Positions 24,380-32,932 of a DNA stretch of 64,000 nucleotides are shown here, in pieces. Source of the DNA: Veleropilina oligotropha (Eukaryota); assembly GCA_048128005.1 (NCBI GenBank), contig JBEUKZ010000013.1, forward strand, positions 62,001 through 126,000, in the 5' to 3' direction. The stretch's first letter is position 1. Each line of letters begins with the position of its first letter. Below the pieces are notes generated by a model. That model was not told where the DNA came from, did not search any database, and saw nothing but the letters and a program-made list of their open reading frames with translations. The translations under genes and the position numbers were made by a program.

Positions 24380-24983
24380 ACGATTTCCGCACACCAAGGA
24401 CCCCCACTCCGCAATCATCTGCGGCCAGACGGGCTGTGGGAAGACGGTTTTCATGCTTGAACTGCTGGAAGGGGAGTATCGAGGCGTCTTCCGGCATATC
24501 GTGGTCCTCTGCCCCACGATCAAGTACAACAAAGCATACCAGTCTTGTCCGTGGATCTGGACCGACCCTGAGGTGTATTTAGTCCCCCCGGGTGAGCGAC
24601 TCCATGACTGGCTGCGGGGGTTCTACCGACTGTTTCAGGGGGAATCAACTTTATATATCATCGACGACTGCGCCGCGAGCAAGGCTATGGCAAAGAGGAG
24701 GGACATGCTGACTTTGTTGGCCTTCAGCGGCAGGCATGCTTCCCAGAGCGTATGGGTAGTGACGCAAAAGTACAACTCGGTCTTGAAGGAGCTCAGAGAG
24801 CAGACCCGCTGGGTCGCGCTGTTCCATTGCAAGGACCGCGACAGTTTCGAGGACTGTCTGCGCGAGAACGATGTAATCCCGTCGCAGGATGAACGGACCG
24901 AGGTTCGCCGGCTGTTGGCCGAGACACGACACGCTAAGCTTCTGTTGAAAACTGATCAGCCCGTTGCTTATATTGTGCTTTAG
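24351..24983 (+). CDS. A32/FtsK-family genome packaging ATPase
   Basis: Walker A GQTGCGKT, Walker B LYIIDD, and the GRH...VVTQ Arg-finger/sensor motif of A32-like ATPases. Confidence 0.92.
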   Translation: MADSSKHCTKRFPHTKDPHSAIICGQTGCGKTVFMLELLEGEYRGVFRHIVVLCPTIKYNKAYQSCPWIWTDPEVYLVPPGERLHDWLRGFYRLFQGESTLYIIDDCAASKAMAKRRDMLTLLAFSGRHASQSVWVVTQKYNSVLKELREQTRWVALFHCKDRDSFEDCLRENDVIPSQDERTEVRRLLAETRHAKLLLKTDQPVAYIVL

Positions 24984-25044
24984 CAAGCTGTAGTCTACTG
25001 AGCATCTACCCAGCAAGCTGTAGTCTACTGAGCATCTACCCAGC

Positions 25045-25800
25045 ATGTCGGACGCTGTATATCTAGCTTTTGCTTTCAGCCAGAGCCTGATCTTGTTGCT
25101 ACTCGTAACGTTGTGGTATTGGCATTATCGCTATATTAGACTGGCGAGGCGATGTTGGAAACGCTTCAGGATGGACAGCCTCATCGATCAACTCATGGAT
25201 GACGAACAAGAAACGACCATCAACAGCTGTCGCTTGACTCCCGATGGCAAGGAACCTGTCAGTAACAGTGGAGTCGCAAGTTCCGTTTGCGCGGCAAAGC
25301 GTGAGAGGCTTGCAGCCTTAGCCGTTGGAGGACAGGCCCACCGATACATGGGGCGTAACCTCACAGTGGACCGGATAGACGACATGACTGACGACGAGGT
25401 CGAAAAGCACCACGCGAGGTATGAAGCGAAACTCGGTGCCGATGTGACGAAGACTCTGGGGACTTCAGCTATTCATCTCTACGCGGGGGCAGCTGGGATG
25501 TTCCTGCCCATTCCACCAGCAAACCAGCTACGACTGATCGCCGACCTGGAGGCCGACCCGTTCATCTCACATGCCCTGACCACTGCAAGCTGTGAGCTGT
25601 ATTATAAATATGGCATGTACCTCGCACCGCTGACCGCAGCGTTGACCACGGCTAAGCACTGCCAATTTGGACATGTTTGCCCGCCTAAGATACCAGATCA
25701 AGATGACAACGCCGGAAGTGGACCAAGTGATCGAGAGACAGCCGATCGAGAGCCAGCCGATAGAGAGGGTGACTTCTTCGACGGACTCATCAGTGAGTAA
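25045..25800 (+). CDS. Viral protein with N-terminal hydrophobic segment
   Basis: Intact 251-aa ORF in the co-oriented block; N-terminal TM-like LILLLLVTLWYW. Confidence 0.6.
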   Translation: MSDAVYLAFAFSQSLILLLLVTLWYWHYRYIRLARRCWKRFRMDSLIDQLMDDEQETTINSCRLTPDGKEPVSNSGVASSVCAAKRERLAALAVGGQAHRYMGRNLTVDRIDDMTDDEVEKHHARYEAKLGADVTKTLGTSAIHLYAGAAGMFLPIPPANQLRLIADLEADPFISHALTTASCELYYKYGMYLAPLTAALTTAKHCQFGHVCPPKIPDQDDNAGSGPSDRETADREPADREGDFFDGLISE

Positions 25801-26194
25801 AAAGGACCCGAAAAAAGTGGCTGCAGGGAGGGCCGGCGCTGCTGCTCGAAAAGCCAAGCAGGAGAAGCTACTGGCCGCGGTTCGAAAAATGAAAGAAGAC
25901 CTGAGTGCCCCAACAAGTGTTGTCGTTCCATCAGAACAGCCCGGGGAGGCGGTTCCAGCCGCAGAAAGACCGCGTGCGCCAGATACACAGAAATCGGACC
26001 AATTTAATTGGACCCAGGTAGCCGTCGCTGCCGGTACGGTTGCGTTGGTATTTGTTGTCTGGAAGACGTCCTCAGAACGCAGCAACCCTGGTCCAGCCAC
26101 ACCACATCAACAGCCACCAGACGCGGACGCTCGGTGCTCTCGGGCCGCCCCCACTATCGAATTGAAGAAGCAGAACCCTTTTCATATGCAATAG
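25703..26194 (+). CDS. Basic viral protein with one TM segment
   Basis: Basic helix KKDPKKVAAGRAGAAARKAK, TM VAVAAGTVALVFVVW, C-terminal NPF. Confidence 0.65.
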   Translation: MTTPEVDQVIERQPIESQPIERVTSSTDSSVSKKDPKKVAAGRAGAAARKAKQEKLLAAVRKMKEDLSAPTSVVVPSEQPGEAVPAAERPRAPDTQKSDQFNWTQVAVAAGTVALVFVVWKTSSERSNPGPATPHQQPPDADARCSRAAPTIELKKQNPFHMQ

Positions 26195-26219
26195 TCGCAA
26201 ACGGTACTAATCAACAGTT

Positions 26220-26459
26220 ATGACTACCCCAATCACTGATGGAAAGATGCTCGGCAACGCTGTATACCACGCCGCTATAGTGTCAGGCCTCGCCATAGGC
26301 TACGCACGCCTGACAAAGATGGTATTCAAGGGAGCGAGCCCCAAACTGGACTTCACGGGCTACGATGTCGGGATGGTCGTCCTCGACGTAGCGCTCGCCA
26401 TGGCGACGAAAGACATGCTGATCAAGCAAGGCATCATTCCGGCCGATATATTGAAGTAG
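26220..26459 (+). CDS. Small hydrophobic viral protein (79 aa)
   Basis: ATG start, two hydrophobic helices, tightly packed in the block. Confidence 0.65.
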   Translation: MTTPITDGKMLGNAVYHAAIVSGLAIGYARLTKMVFKGASPKLDFTGYDVGMVVLDVALAMATKDMLIKQGIIPADILK

Positions 26460-26490
26460 TGGGACCTTGCTAGATAATCGCAGCATTTCA

Positions 26491-26919
26491 ATGGCTTCCA
26501 TTGCGATGCTGGTTGGGGGCGCTCTCGTCAACGCCCTCGCCTTCAGCGGCTCCAACTTCCTCTTCTCGAAGCTACGCAGCTCCGGTGTCGATGCGGAGCG
26601 TAAACGCCACGACATTGCTGTAGAACAGCTCAACGCTGCTCAGACTAAATGGTCCCAAAAGAGGGCAGAGCGTCTCGACTGGCTGAACGTTGAACTTCGC
26701 CGCCAGGGTCATGCCGTTGGCACATTCCGGGATGTTGACGCCGCGATCCGTGAGTATGCATTGATCACCGGCAAGAACCTTGACCCCGGCCTGGGGGGTG
26801 GCCCTGAGCCCCAGCTGTCCGACTACTACACACCGAGCGATGGCCAGAAGGGACGTGAGATCACCTTCATCATCCTCGGGATGGCTGCGACCGGGTTGGT
26901 CGCCTACAAGCTCGCCTAA
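26491..26919 (+). CDS. Viral membrane protein with N- and C-terminal hydrophobic segments
   Basis: MASIAMLVGGALVNALAF..., coiled coil, C-terminal ITFIILGMAATGLVAYKLA. Confidence 0.7.
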   Translation: MASIAMLVGGALVNALAFSGSNFLFSKLRSSGVDAERKRHDIAVEQLNAAQTKWSQKRAERLDWLNVELRRQGHAVGTFRDVDAAIREYALITGKNLDPGLGGGPEPQLSDYYTPSDGQKGREITFIILGMAATGLVAYKLA

Positions 26920-26959
26920 TTATTTCCAGTGGACATTTTTTTCGTTGGCATGTATAGTA

Positions 26960-27181
26960 ATGGGGCTACCAGAAGAGCTGTACTGCGCTATGCTTGCGGT
27001 CGGCTATAGTACTACGTTACTCGACTGCTGGCGCCGCGACGAAAAGACTATGGTGCGGTTCGCGGTCCTGGTGCTCTCGGGCCCGACCAACCTACGGGCG
27101 ACGACTGCGCAGCGACCGGCTCCGGAAGCTGAAGCCTGTTGGAGACTGATCAGTTTACTGGAATACATTGCTGATGGATAG
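26960..27181 (+). CDS. Small hypothetical viral protein (73 aa)
   Basis: ATG at 26960; fills the gap and overlaps the integrase start. Confidence 0.4.
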   Translation: MGLPEELYCAMLAVGYSTTLLDCWRRDEKTMVRFAVLVLSGPTNLRATTAQRPAPEAEACWRLISLLEYIADG

Positions 27182-28172
27182 TAAGCTTGCGAGGATGTAC
27201 TACAGCCCTAAGGGCTACTGGAAAGGCATTGCCGCGATAAAGAAACTAGCTGACGCTGCCAAGGCGTCTGAAGTGGAGGCCCGGACATGGCTTAAGAGGC
27301 AGGCTATATGGCAGATCTATTTACCTGCGCCACGGCGGATTCCAAGACCACGGTTTGACGTTACGACGCCGAACGAGGTTCACCAAGCCGATCTCCTGTT
27401 TCTGCCCCATGACAAGGTCGGCCGTAAAACGTACAAGTACGCTTTGACTGTGGTTGATGTGGCCAGTCGCTTTAAAGAGGCTGAGCCTCTGGTCACAAAA
27501 GAGGCCAAAGGGGTTGCTGAAGCACTAGCCCGAATCTACAGGCGGAGTCCTCTTGGCTGGCCGAAACTGCTTCAAGTCGATCCAGGGCGAGAGTTTATGG
27601 GCGCGGTTTCCCAGCTGCTGGCAAAGAATAACGTCGAGGTTAGGCGTGGCCGTGTGGATATCCATCGCGATCAGGGCATTGTGGAGCGCTTCAACCGGAC
27701 GCTCGCTGAGCGGCTCTTCGGGCACCAGTATGCAACAGAGATGCGGTTTGCAGAGTCTGCGAAAGAGGGTCAAAGGTCAACTGAGTGGGTCGCCCGGTTA
27801 GCAGCTGTTGTTGCGGCGTTGAATGGGGAAGTGACCAGGCTGACCGGTAAAAAGCCCAAGGACGCCATCAAGGCACCTCGCGTTGCACAAAAGCCAGGCG
27901 CCACTGTTCCAGGCCGACAGGGGAAGGAACAGAAACTCCCCTCTGACGTAGATGTTCGCTACCTTTACTACGATGGTGAGCTGGAGGGGGGTCATCGCCG
28001 TGCTACTGACCCGGTGTGGTCTCTAAAAGTTTACAGGCTTGGACGCTCCGTCACTAAGCCTGACGAGCCTGTGCTCTACTACTTGCTGGATGGACCACCG
28101 CGTGGCTTCGTTCGTGAGGAACTTCTCGTGGTGCCTCGTGATACCCAGCTGCCGCCGGTTCTCAGGCGTTAA
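27174..28172 (+). CDS. Retroviral-like (rve) DDE integrase of Polinton type
   Basis: HQADL, VVDVASRF, QVDPGREF and VERFNRTL give D,D(34)E. N-terminal YYxP. SH3-like C-terminus. ORF intact. Confidence 0.95.
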   Translation: MDSKLARMYYSPKGYWKGIAAIKKLADAAKASEVEARTWLKRQAIWQIYLPAPRRIPRPRFDVTTPNEVHQADLLFLPHDKVGRKTYKYALTVVDVASRFKEAEPLVTKEAKGVAEALARIYRRSPLGWPKLLQVDPGREFMGAVSQLLAKNNVEVRRGRVDIHRDQGIVERFNRTLAERLFGHQYATEMRFAESAKEGQRSTEWVARLAAVVAALNGEVTRLTGKKPKDAIKAPRVAQKPGATVPGRQGKEQKLPSDVDVRYLYYDGELEGGHRRATDPVWSLKVYRLGRSVTKPDEPVLYYLLDGPPRGFVREELLVVPRDTQLPPVLRR

Positions 28173-31100
28173 CAACCGCAAATCCTCGTTTCCGGTTACA
28201 TTCCAGACACGTTAAGCGCACGTTGTCGCGGGTGTGGCCCCTGCTGTTGTCCACACGGTCGACACTGAACTGCTGTGTGTCCTTCGGGGAATATGCCCAG
28301 AGCAGCTCTATGTTGCATGCTGCGCAGCGGTTGTTTTGGGCCTCTCTGAGCCGCAGGATGTCGTCGACCTTGAGGTTAAACCCCGGGAGTCCCGTTGCCT
28401 GGTCCTGGCGTTTGTACGCCACAAGCTTTTTCTGGATGGTCTTTCGGAGCTGTTGCTCGGTTTGGGGGGGCCTGTCCTCAGAACCCTCATCCGGTGGACA
28501 GGTTACCCGTTCGAGCTGACGCAGCAGCTCCACCCGGGACACGGCTAGGTAGGCGAGATTACTCCACTGAAGGTAGTCGTCGATGATCCAGACTTTCTGT
28601 GGGTCGTGAATCGTAAGACCCTGGCTCGAATGGATGGTCAGGGCATAGCCCAGGCGCCAATCCGGGGTCAGGATAGCCCGCTCAGCGGCCTCAATGGTGA
28701 CCTCGACGACGTCGTTCAGAACTAGCTCCTCTCTGTCGCTGGTGCCCGGAATGGTTACCATGATGTTCTGTTTTCTGCTGTCCCTGGGGTGGTACAGGAT
28801 AGGCACCATGGAGTCTGGGAAGTGCTCCTTGTGCCTCTGGAGCAACAGCTCTTGAGCCCGTTCGCGGACCTTCTGACGGCTTGTGAGGATTAGGTCGCCT
28901 GGCTTCCAGGTGTTGACGAACCGGTCCCATCCGAGGCAGCTGGGGAGGGTCCGTCGCATCTCGTCGCACTGGACTTTGTCGGGCTGGAGACGGATACGTC
29001 TTTTCAGGGCTTGGAGGGCAGGGTCGTCTTTCGCCCTGTAGTCTACTTCGATCTCTTCATAGTAGTCCGCGGTCTTTCGCAGCCAATCGTGCGGCATCTC
29101 GCCCGTAATCGGTGGTGGCTGGCCTTGATCACCACAGCAGATAACCTGCACTTCGTGGCGGCCCAGCCAGTCCAAGAACATCTCTAGAATAGCCCGGGGA
29201 ACAGTACAGACCTCGTCCCAGATAATGACGCGCGGGATGAACTTCTGACCCATGCGGTCAGGCGTCCAGTCATTCTGGCCGCTCCATCGGAAGAAGCTGT
29301 GGTAGGTCTGGGCTTTGACGCCTCTGGTCCGCATCTCTTTAGCGAGGCGGTGGGTTGGTGTGAACACGACGGGATTCCTTGCCCGAAAGAGCTCGATCGC
29401 TCTCGTAGTCTTGCCACAGCCCCCTCCACCGTTGAGGTAACTCAGGCGATGGTGGGTCAGTGTGTCATTGTAGCATGGCGCGGTGCTCGGCTGGCTGGAA
29501 TTGGCGGCACAACAATACTCTGGCTTGGGTAGGTATGCGGCATGTTCCTGTGGCATATACAGCTGTTCGCCCTTGTCACGCCACTGGGCTGGTGCTACTG
29601 GCGGAAGGTACGGCTCCGCGATCAGACATGAGATGCACGATTTCTCGCCACAGCCGCAGAGTCTGGGGGCAACGTACACCGTGACATCGTCGAGCTTCTC
29701 CAACGAGGCCTTCTTGAGGTAGATGCTGTCAGTGGCTACTCGGACGGCTTCTGCTGCACTGAAACGCTGAAGCATGCTCAAGAGGTTTATGTGGGCATAG
29801 GCCAACATGGACGCCCTCAGGTGGGCGTACTGAGGCTGGGAGCCATCATAGTACGTGAGGATGTGCCCCATAGGGCATCTCTGAGGAGCGCCAACCAGGG
29901 TGCCGCTTTGGCGGGTGTCTCTTACGAGGAAGTCGAGCTCACCCTGGTCGGTCACCAGTCTACGAGTCAATCGCTTTCCGTCAGCTTTGGCGCCTTGGGT
30001 GAATTTGCCGATGATACTGCAGCCCTGGTCACGATCCGGAGGAAGCCAGACATCGGTCTGCTTTTTGAATGCGATGATGGCTTCTCGGATCTTGAGGCTT
30101 TTTAGCAGTCCAGAGTCTATGAGGAAGGCGAGCAGCGGGGTTGGTGCCCATCCATTCTCTGCAAAGTGCTTCCCGAACCATGCTACAATGACGGGGTGGA
30201 TGTCTTGTGCGAACTCCCATTCCACGACCTCGGCAAACCCGGTACCGATTTCTCGGGGTAGAGGACCGTTAATTGCGACCCGGGTCATGCTGTGGGTTGG
30301 GTGCCCGAATCTTTCGAAGTACGGCTTAGCCTCGCCCTTCCCCAGAAAGCTGGCAGGGTAGCAGGCTTTCATGTCGATGCAGCAGACATCGCCCGTATCG
30401 TAGTTCATGGAATTCCAGAGACCGCCGTGGCCATGCTCTACACAGGCCTTCTGGATGTCATCGAGCAGGCTCGCCGGGGTGGGTTTCCAGCCGTTGGTCT
30501 CTTTAGCCATAATGCTAGCTGCATGGTTCACGCCAAAGGCTCGATCGGCTAGGGACTCGTTTCCCAGCGCTGTACAGGCTTCTTGGAGTATCTCGTGAGT
30601 CTCTTTTGTCCTGTACGTGCGGCCGTCCTGAAGCACGAACTGGTCCACGCCGAGCTGTCGGTCTTTACCGCCAAGGAGCCAGACAGCCAATGGCTCATTC
30701 TGGGTGGCTTGTCGGATAGCTTCCCAGACATCGCCCTCATACAGGTGGACCTCGCGAGACTGCGGAAAGTGTAGGTCCTTGGACCAGGCGTGGCCGTTGT
30801 GACAGATGAGTTCTACTGGTCTATGCCAGCCCTGGTACTTCCCACTGCTGTAGATGTCCTCGCCGGCAATATCTCTCAGTATGATCGCCCGTTTGAGGAT
30901 CCTCTCGAGGATGGATATATCATCCACAGTGGCGCCTGTTACGTGGACTCGCTCTTCCCACTCCAGTATTTTCTGCCGCCTTGTCGGGGTGAGTCCGTTT
31001 CCTCTAAGGGCACCTTCGAAGTGCTCAACCACTCGTTGGGCAACGCAGTTGAGGTCGCCGTTCTTCATCGGAACCAGGTTGGCGGGGTTTGGTTCTCTGA

Positions 31101-31992
31101 GAGGATAGACGCCGTAGACGACTGCAGTGACCGGGTAGGCATTCTCGTAGTAGACCTTGTCGACCCCAGTGATAGCACCCGGCTTAGTATCCTGAGAGAT
31201 CTCAAAGACACCCTGGCCCTTCTTTCTCGCAGCCTTCACCGGGTCAAGCTTGTCTTCGACCACCCAGTCACCTTCACCCCACTCACGCAAGAACTTTATC
31301 CTAAGGAGAAACTCGCCCTTTGGAAGGGCTGTGAGGAGCTGTGCCGCCCTTGCATCTGTCATACGGGCATCCAGGGCCAGCCGTCCAGCCACTTCTACCC
31401 TCCATGTGGAGAAAGCCGCCGTGGCGCCATCGACCTCAAACTCGTCTTTGGCGTCGCTCAAGAGTTCCACCCATGGCTCTTTTGCTGGGAGCCTTACTGG
31501 GGGAGGGACCTGGTCATCCAGGTCGATGAATCGTTGTCCCTCGGGTGTGGTAAATTGCCCTAGAAGATCCTTCTGGTAGTCCTGGGCTGTCCGGGGCGTT
31601 TTGGAGATGAGAAGATCGGGCCCCTTCCGAGCAATAGCATGGGCAAGGGTCTCTTTCCGAGACCGCTTGACGATTCGATCCGTGATGGCGCGAAGTGGCT
31701 TCAGTCGAATCCTGGGATTTTTCTCAGCCTGGGATTCGTATTTACGAGCCTGCAGGGCGGCGTCGACCTCGTCCTTAATCTGCCGCAACTCGCGAGCACG
31801 TCGGCCTCTTTTGTGGGGGTTCTCCACATCTCCACGTATGGAGGGGAACCTTCCCGTTTTCATCGCCCGCTCGAGTCTGCTCCGAAACTCCGCAGCACGG
31901 ACCCTGGCGATTGCCCTGACGAGGTCGTGCTTCTTGAGCTTCGACCGAGCGGGAATCCCATAATCTTTCGCTAGATTGCGCAGGTCATCCAT
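28162..31992 (-). CDS. Multidomain replication protein: HeH + OTU-like protease + family B DNA polymerase + SF1 helicase + His-Me finger endonuclease
   Basis: LRNLAKDYGIPARSKLKKHDLV (Rho_N/HeH-like). GDLNCV...HNGHAW (Cys/His). IDMKACYP, IIGKF and ATDSIY (PolB A/B/C). GGGGCGKT, IIWDE, GDQGQPPP, TIHSSQGLT and YLAVSR (SF1). CxxC..SVDRVDN..GH..DN..CxxCN. First ATG at 31992. Confidence 0.88.
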   Translation of the reverse strand: MDDLRNLAKDYGIPARSKLKKHDLVRAIARVRAAEFRSRLERAMKTGRFPSIRGDVENPHKRGRRARELRQIKDEVDAALQARKYESQAEKNPRIRLKPLRAITDRIVKRSRKETLAHAIARKGPDLLISKTPRTAQDYQKDLLGQFTTPEGQRFIDLDDQVPPPVRLPAKEPWVELLSDAKDEFEVDGATAAFSTWRVEVAGRLALDARMTDARAAQLLTALPKGEFLLRIKFLREWGEGDWVVEDKLDPVKAARKKGQGVFEISQDTKPGAITGVDKVYYENAYPVTAVVYGVYPLREPNPANLVPMKNGDLNCVAQRVVEHFEGALRGNGLTPTRRQKILEWEERVHVTGATVDDISILERILKRAIILRDIAGEDIYSSGKYQGWHRPVELICHNGHAWSKDLHFPQSREVHLYEGDVWEAIRQATQNEPLAVWLLGGKDRQLGVDQFVLQDGRTYRTKETHEILQEACTALGNESLADRAFGVNHAASIMAKETNGWKPTPASLLDDIQKACVEHGHGGLWNSMNYDTGDVCCIDMKACYPASFLGKGEAKPYFERFGHPTHSMTRVAINGPLPREIGTGFAEVVEWEFAQDIHPVIVAWFGKHFAENGWAPTPLLAFLIDSGLLKSLKIREAIIAFKKQTDVWLPPDRDQGCSIIGKFTQGAKADGKRLTRRLVTDQGELDFLVRDTRQSGTLVGAPQRCPMGHILTYYDGSQPQYAHLRASMLAYAHINLLSMLQRFSAAEAVRVATDSIYLKKASLEKLDDVTVYVAPRLCGCGEKSCISCLIAEPYLPPVAPAQWRDKGEQLYMPQEHAAYLPKPEYCCAANSSQPSTAPCYNDTLTHHRLSYLNGGGGCGKTTRAIELFRARNPVVFTPTHRLAKEMRTRGVKAQTYHSFFRWSGQNDWTPDRMGQKFIPRVIIWDEVCTVPRAILEMFLDWLGRHEVQVICCGDQGQPPPITGEMPHDWLRKTADYYEEIEVDYRAKDDPALQALKRRIRLQPDKVQCDEMRRTLPSCLGWDRFVNTWKPGDLILTSRQKVRERAQELLLQRHKEHFPDSMVPILYHPRDSRKQNIMVTIPGTSDREELVLNDVVEVTIEAAERAILTPDWRLGYALTIHSSQGLTIHDPQKVWIIDDYLQWSNLAYLAVSRVELLRQLERVTCPPDEGSEDRPPQTEQQLRKTIQKKLVAYKRQDQATGLPGFNLKVDDILRLREAQNNRCAACNIELLWAYSPKDTQQFSVDRVDNSRGHTRDNVRLTCLECNRKRGFAVVNA

Positions 31993-32041
31993 GTTGCTGG
32001 GGGGGGTATACACTACGCCAAATCATTTCTCTAATAGGAAA

Positions 32042-32317
32042 TTACGTGTGGTAGATTGCAGCCATGCGGCGAAACTCTCTCTGGAAGGCCCTTTTCTTTC
32101 GTTGCCAGTCCTTAACGTCTTCATTCTGATACCCACAACCCCGGCACAACGTAAACCGGTTAAAGACGCCTTTTCCGCATTTGATGCAGGGCTTTGTGCC
32201 CCAGCCATTTCGCCGTAGCCGAGCCAGGTGGACTTTGCAATACGTGTTCAGACATCTCTTACCACATAGCTCCGTGGAGCTGATGGTGAGCCATTGACAG
32301 GTGTCCGTTCCCCACAT
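32042..32317 (-). CDS. Small Cys/His-rich zinc-binding viral protein
   Basis: C-x10-C-x8-C-x2-H followed by CxxC...CxxC and a basic tail; co-oriented directly upstream of the replication gene. Confidence 0.7.
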   Translation of the reverse strand: MWGTDTCQWLTISSTELCGKRCLNTYCKVHLARLRRNGWGTKPCIKCGKGVFNRFTLCRGCGYQNEDVKDWQRKKRAFQREFRRMAAIYHT

Positions 32318-32465
32318 CGTATCCTTTGCATTGGATATACCCGTCCGATGGGTATGTCTAAAAGAGAGCCCGGGCCGGCGAGGGTTGTGGGCCGTCCCTA
32401 CGGGCTCTTACTACATACTACTATATCGGCATGTTAGACGTTGTGTAGTTATACTTGAAAGCAAC

Positions 32466-32654
32466 ATGCCGCAGGAAGACATTCCTACGCTGTACAGCGA
32501 ACGGAGCTTCAGGCGCGTTAAAAACCTCTTAAACCGGGGCTATAACGTTTTGATCGTTGTACTCGACAATGGTGAACAAGCGATATATAAGAAGAAGACC
32601 AAAGACGGTAGAAAGGGAGTTGCACGAAATCAAACGCTGGCGGGCCCTCAGTGA
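32466..32654 (+). CDS. Small hypothetical viral protein next to the right TIR
   Basis: ATG at 32466; 62 aa with a basic C-terminus. Confidence 0.4.
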   Translation: MPQEDIPTLYSERSFRRVKNLLNRGYNVLIVVLDNGEQAIYKKKTKDGRKGVARNQTLAGPQ

Positions 32655-32704
32655 TGTCCTGTAGCCTTCGCCGGGCTGCTATTTTGCCATTCTAAAAAGT
32701 CCAA

Positions 32705-32932
32705 TCACCCCCCTGCTGACTATTCTAAGCTACCCTAGTTTGTACACACGGTGACTTTTTGTAATACAATCCCTACCCTCAGTCCCAAAATAGGGCTGGG
32801 AGCCTCCACGGCGGCCGCCCCGCCCCTAGTCTATACTCCATAGTTCCCCTCAGTAATACCAGCTCAGTTCTGAACAGGTGCTGGGAGCCTTATTTTCCCA
32901 TTCTAAAAAGTCCAATCACCCCCCCTGCTGCT
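32705..32932 (-). repeat. Right terminal inverted repeat (228 bp)
   Basis: Reverse complement of 16222-16449. Confidence 0.97.

Larger units (their letters stand above)
16222..32932. mobile_element. Complete endogenous Polinton/Maverick-like dsDNA virus (16,711 bp)
   Basis: Identical 228-bp TIRs. TSD CATTT at 16217-16221 and 32933-32937. Integrase, packaging ATPase, PolB-helicase and capsid-like genes. Abrupt GC-rich composition compared with the flanks. Confidence 0.95.

Noticed and set aside
28162..29450. SF1 helicase read as a Helitron RepHel
   Set aside because: No HUH Rep motifs are seen; the helicase is fused to PolB motifs inside a TIR/TSD-bounded integrase element.
28223..31974. Many + strand ORFs of up to 257 aa
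   Set aside because: Antisense shadows of the GC-rich replicase ORF, with no motifs of their own.
16222..32932. Bacterial prophage or contamination
   Set aside because: Precise TSD within a host repeat, a eukaryotic rve integrase and an internal host LINE fragment show genuine integration.
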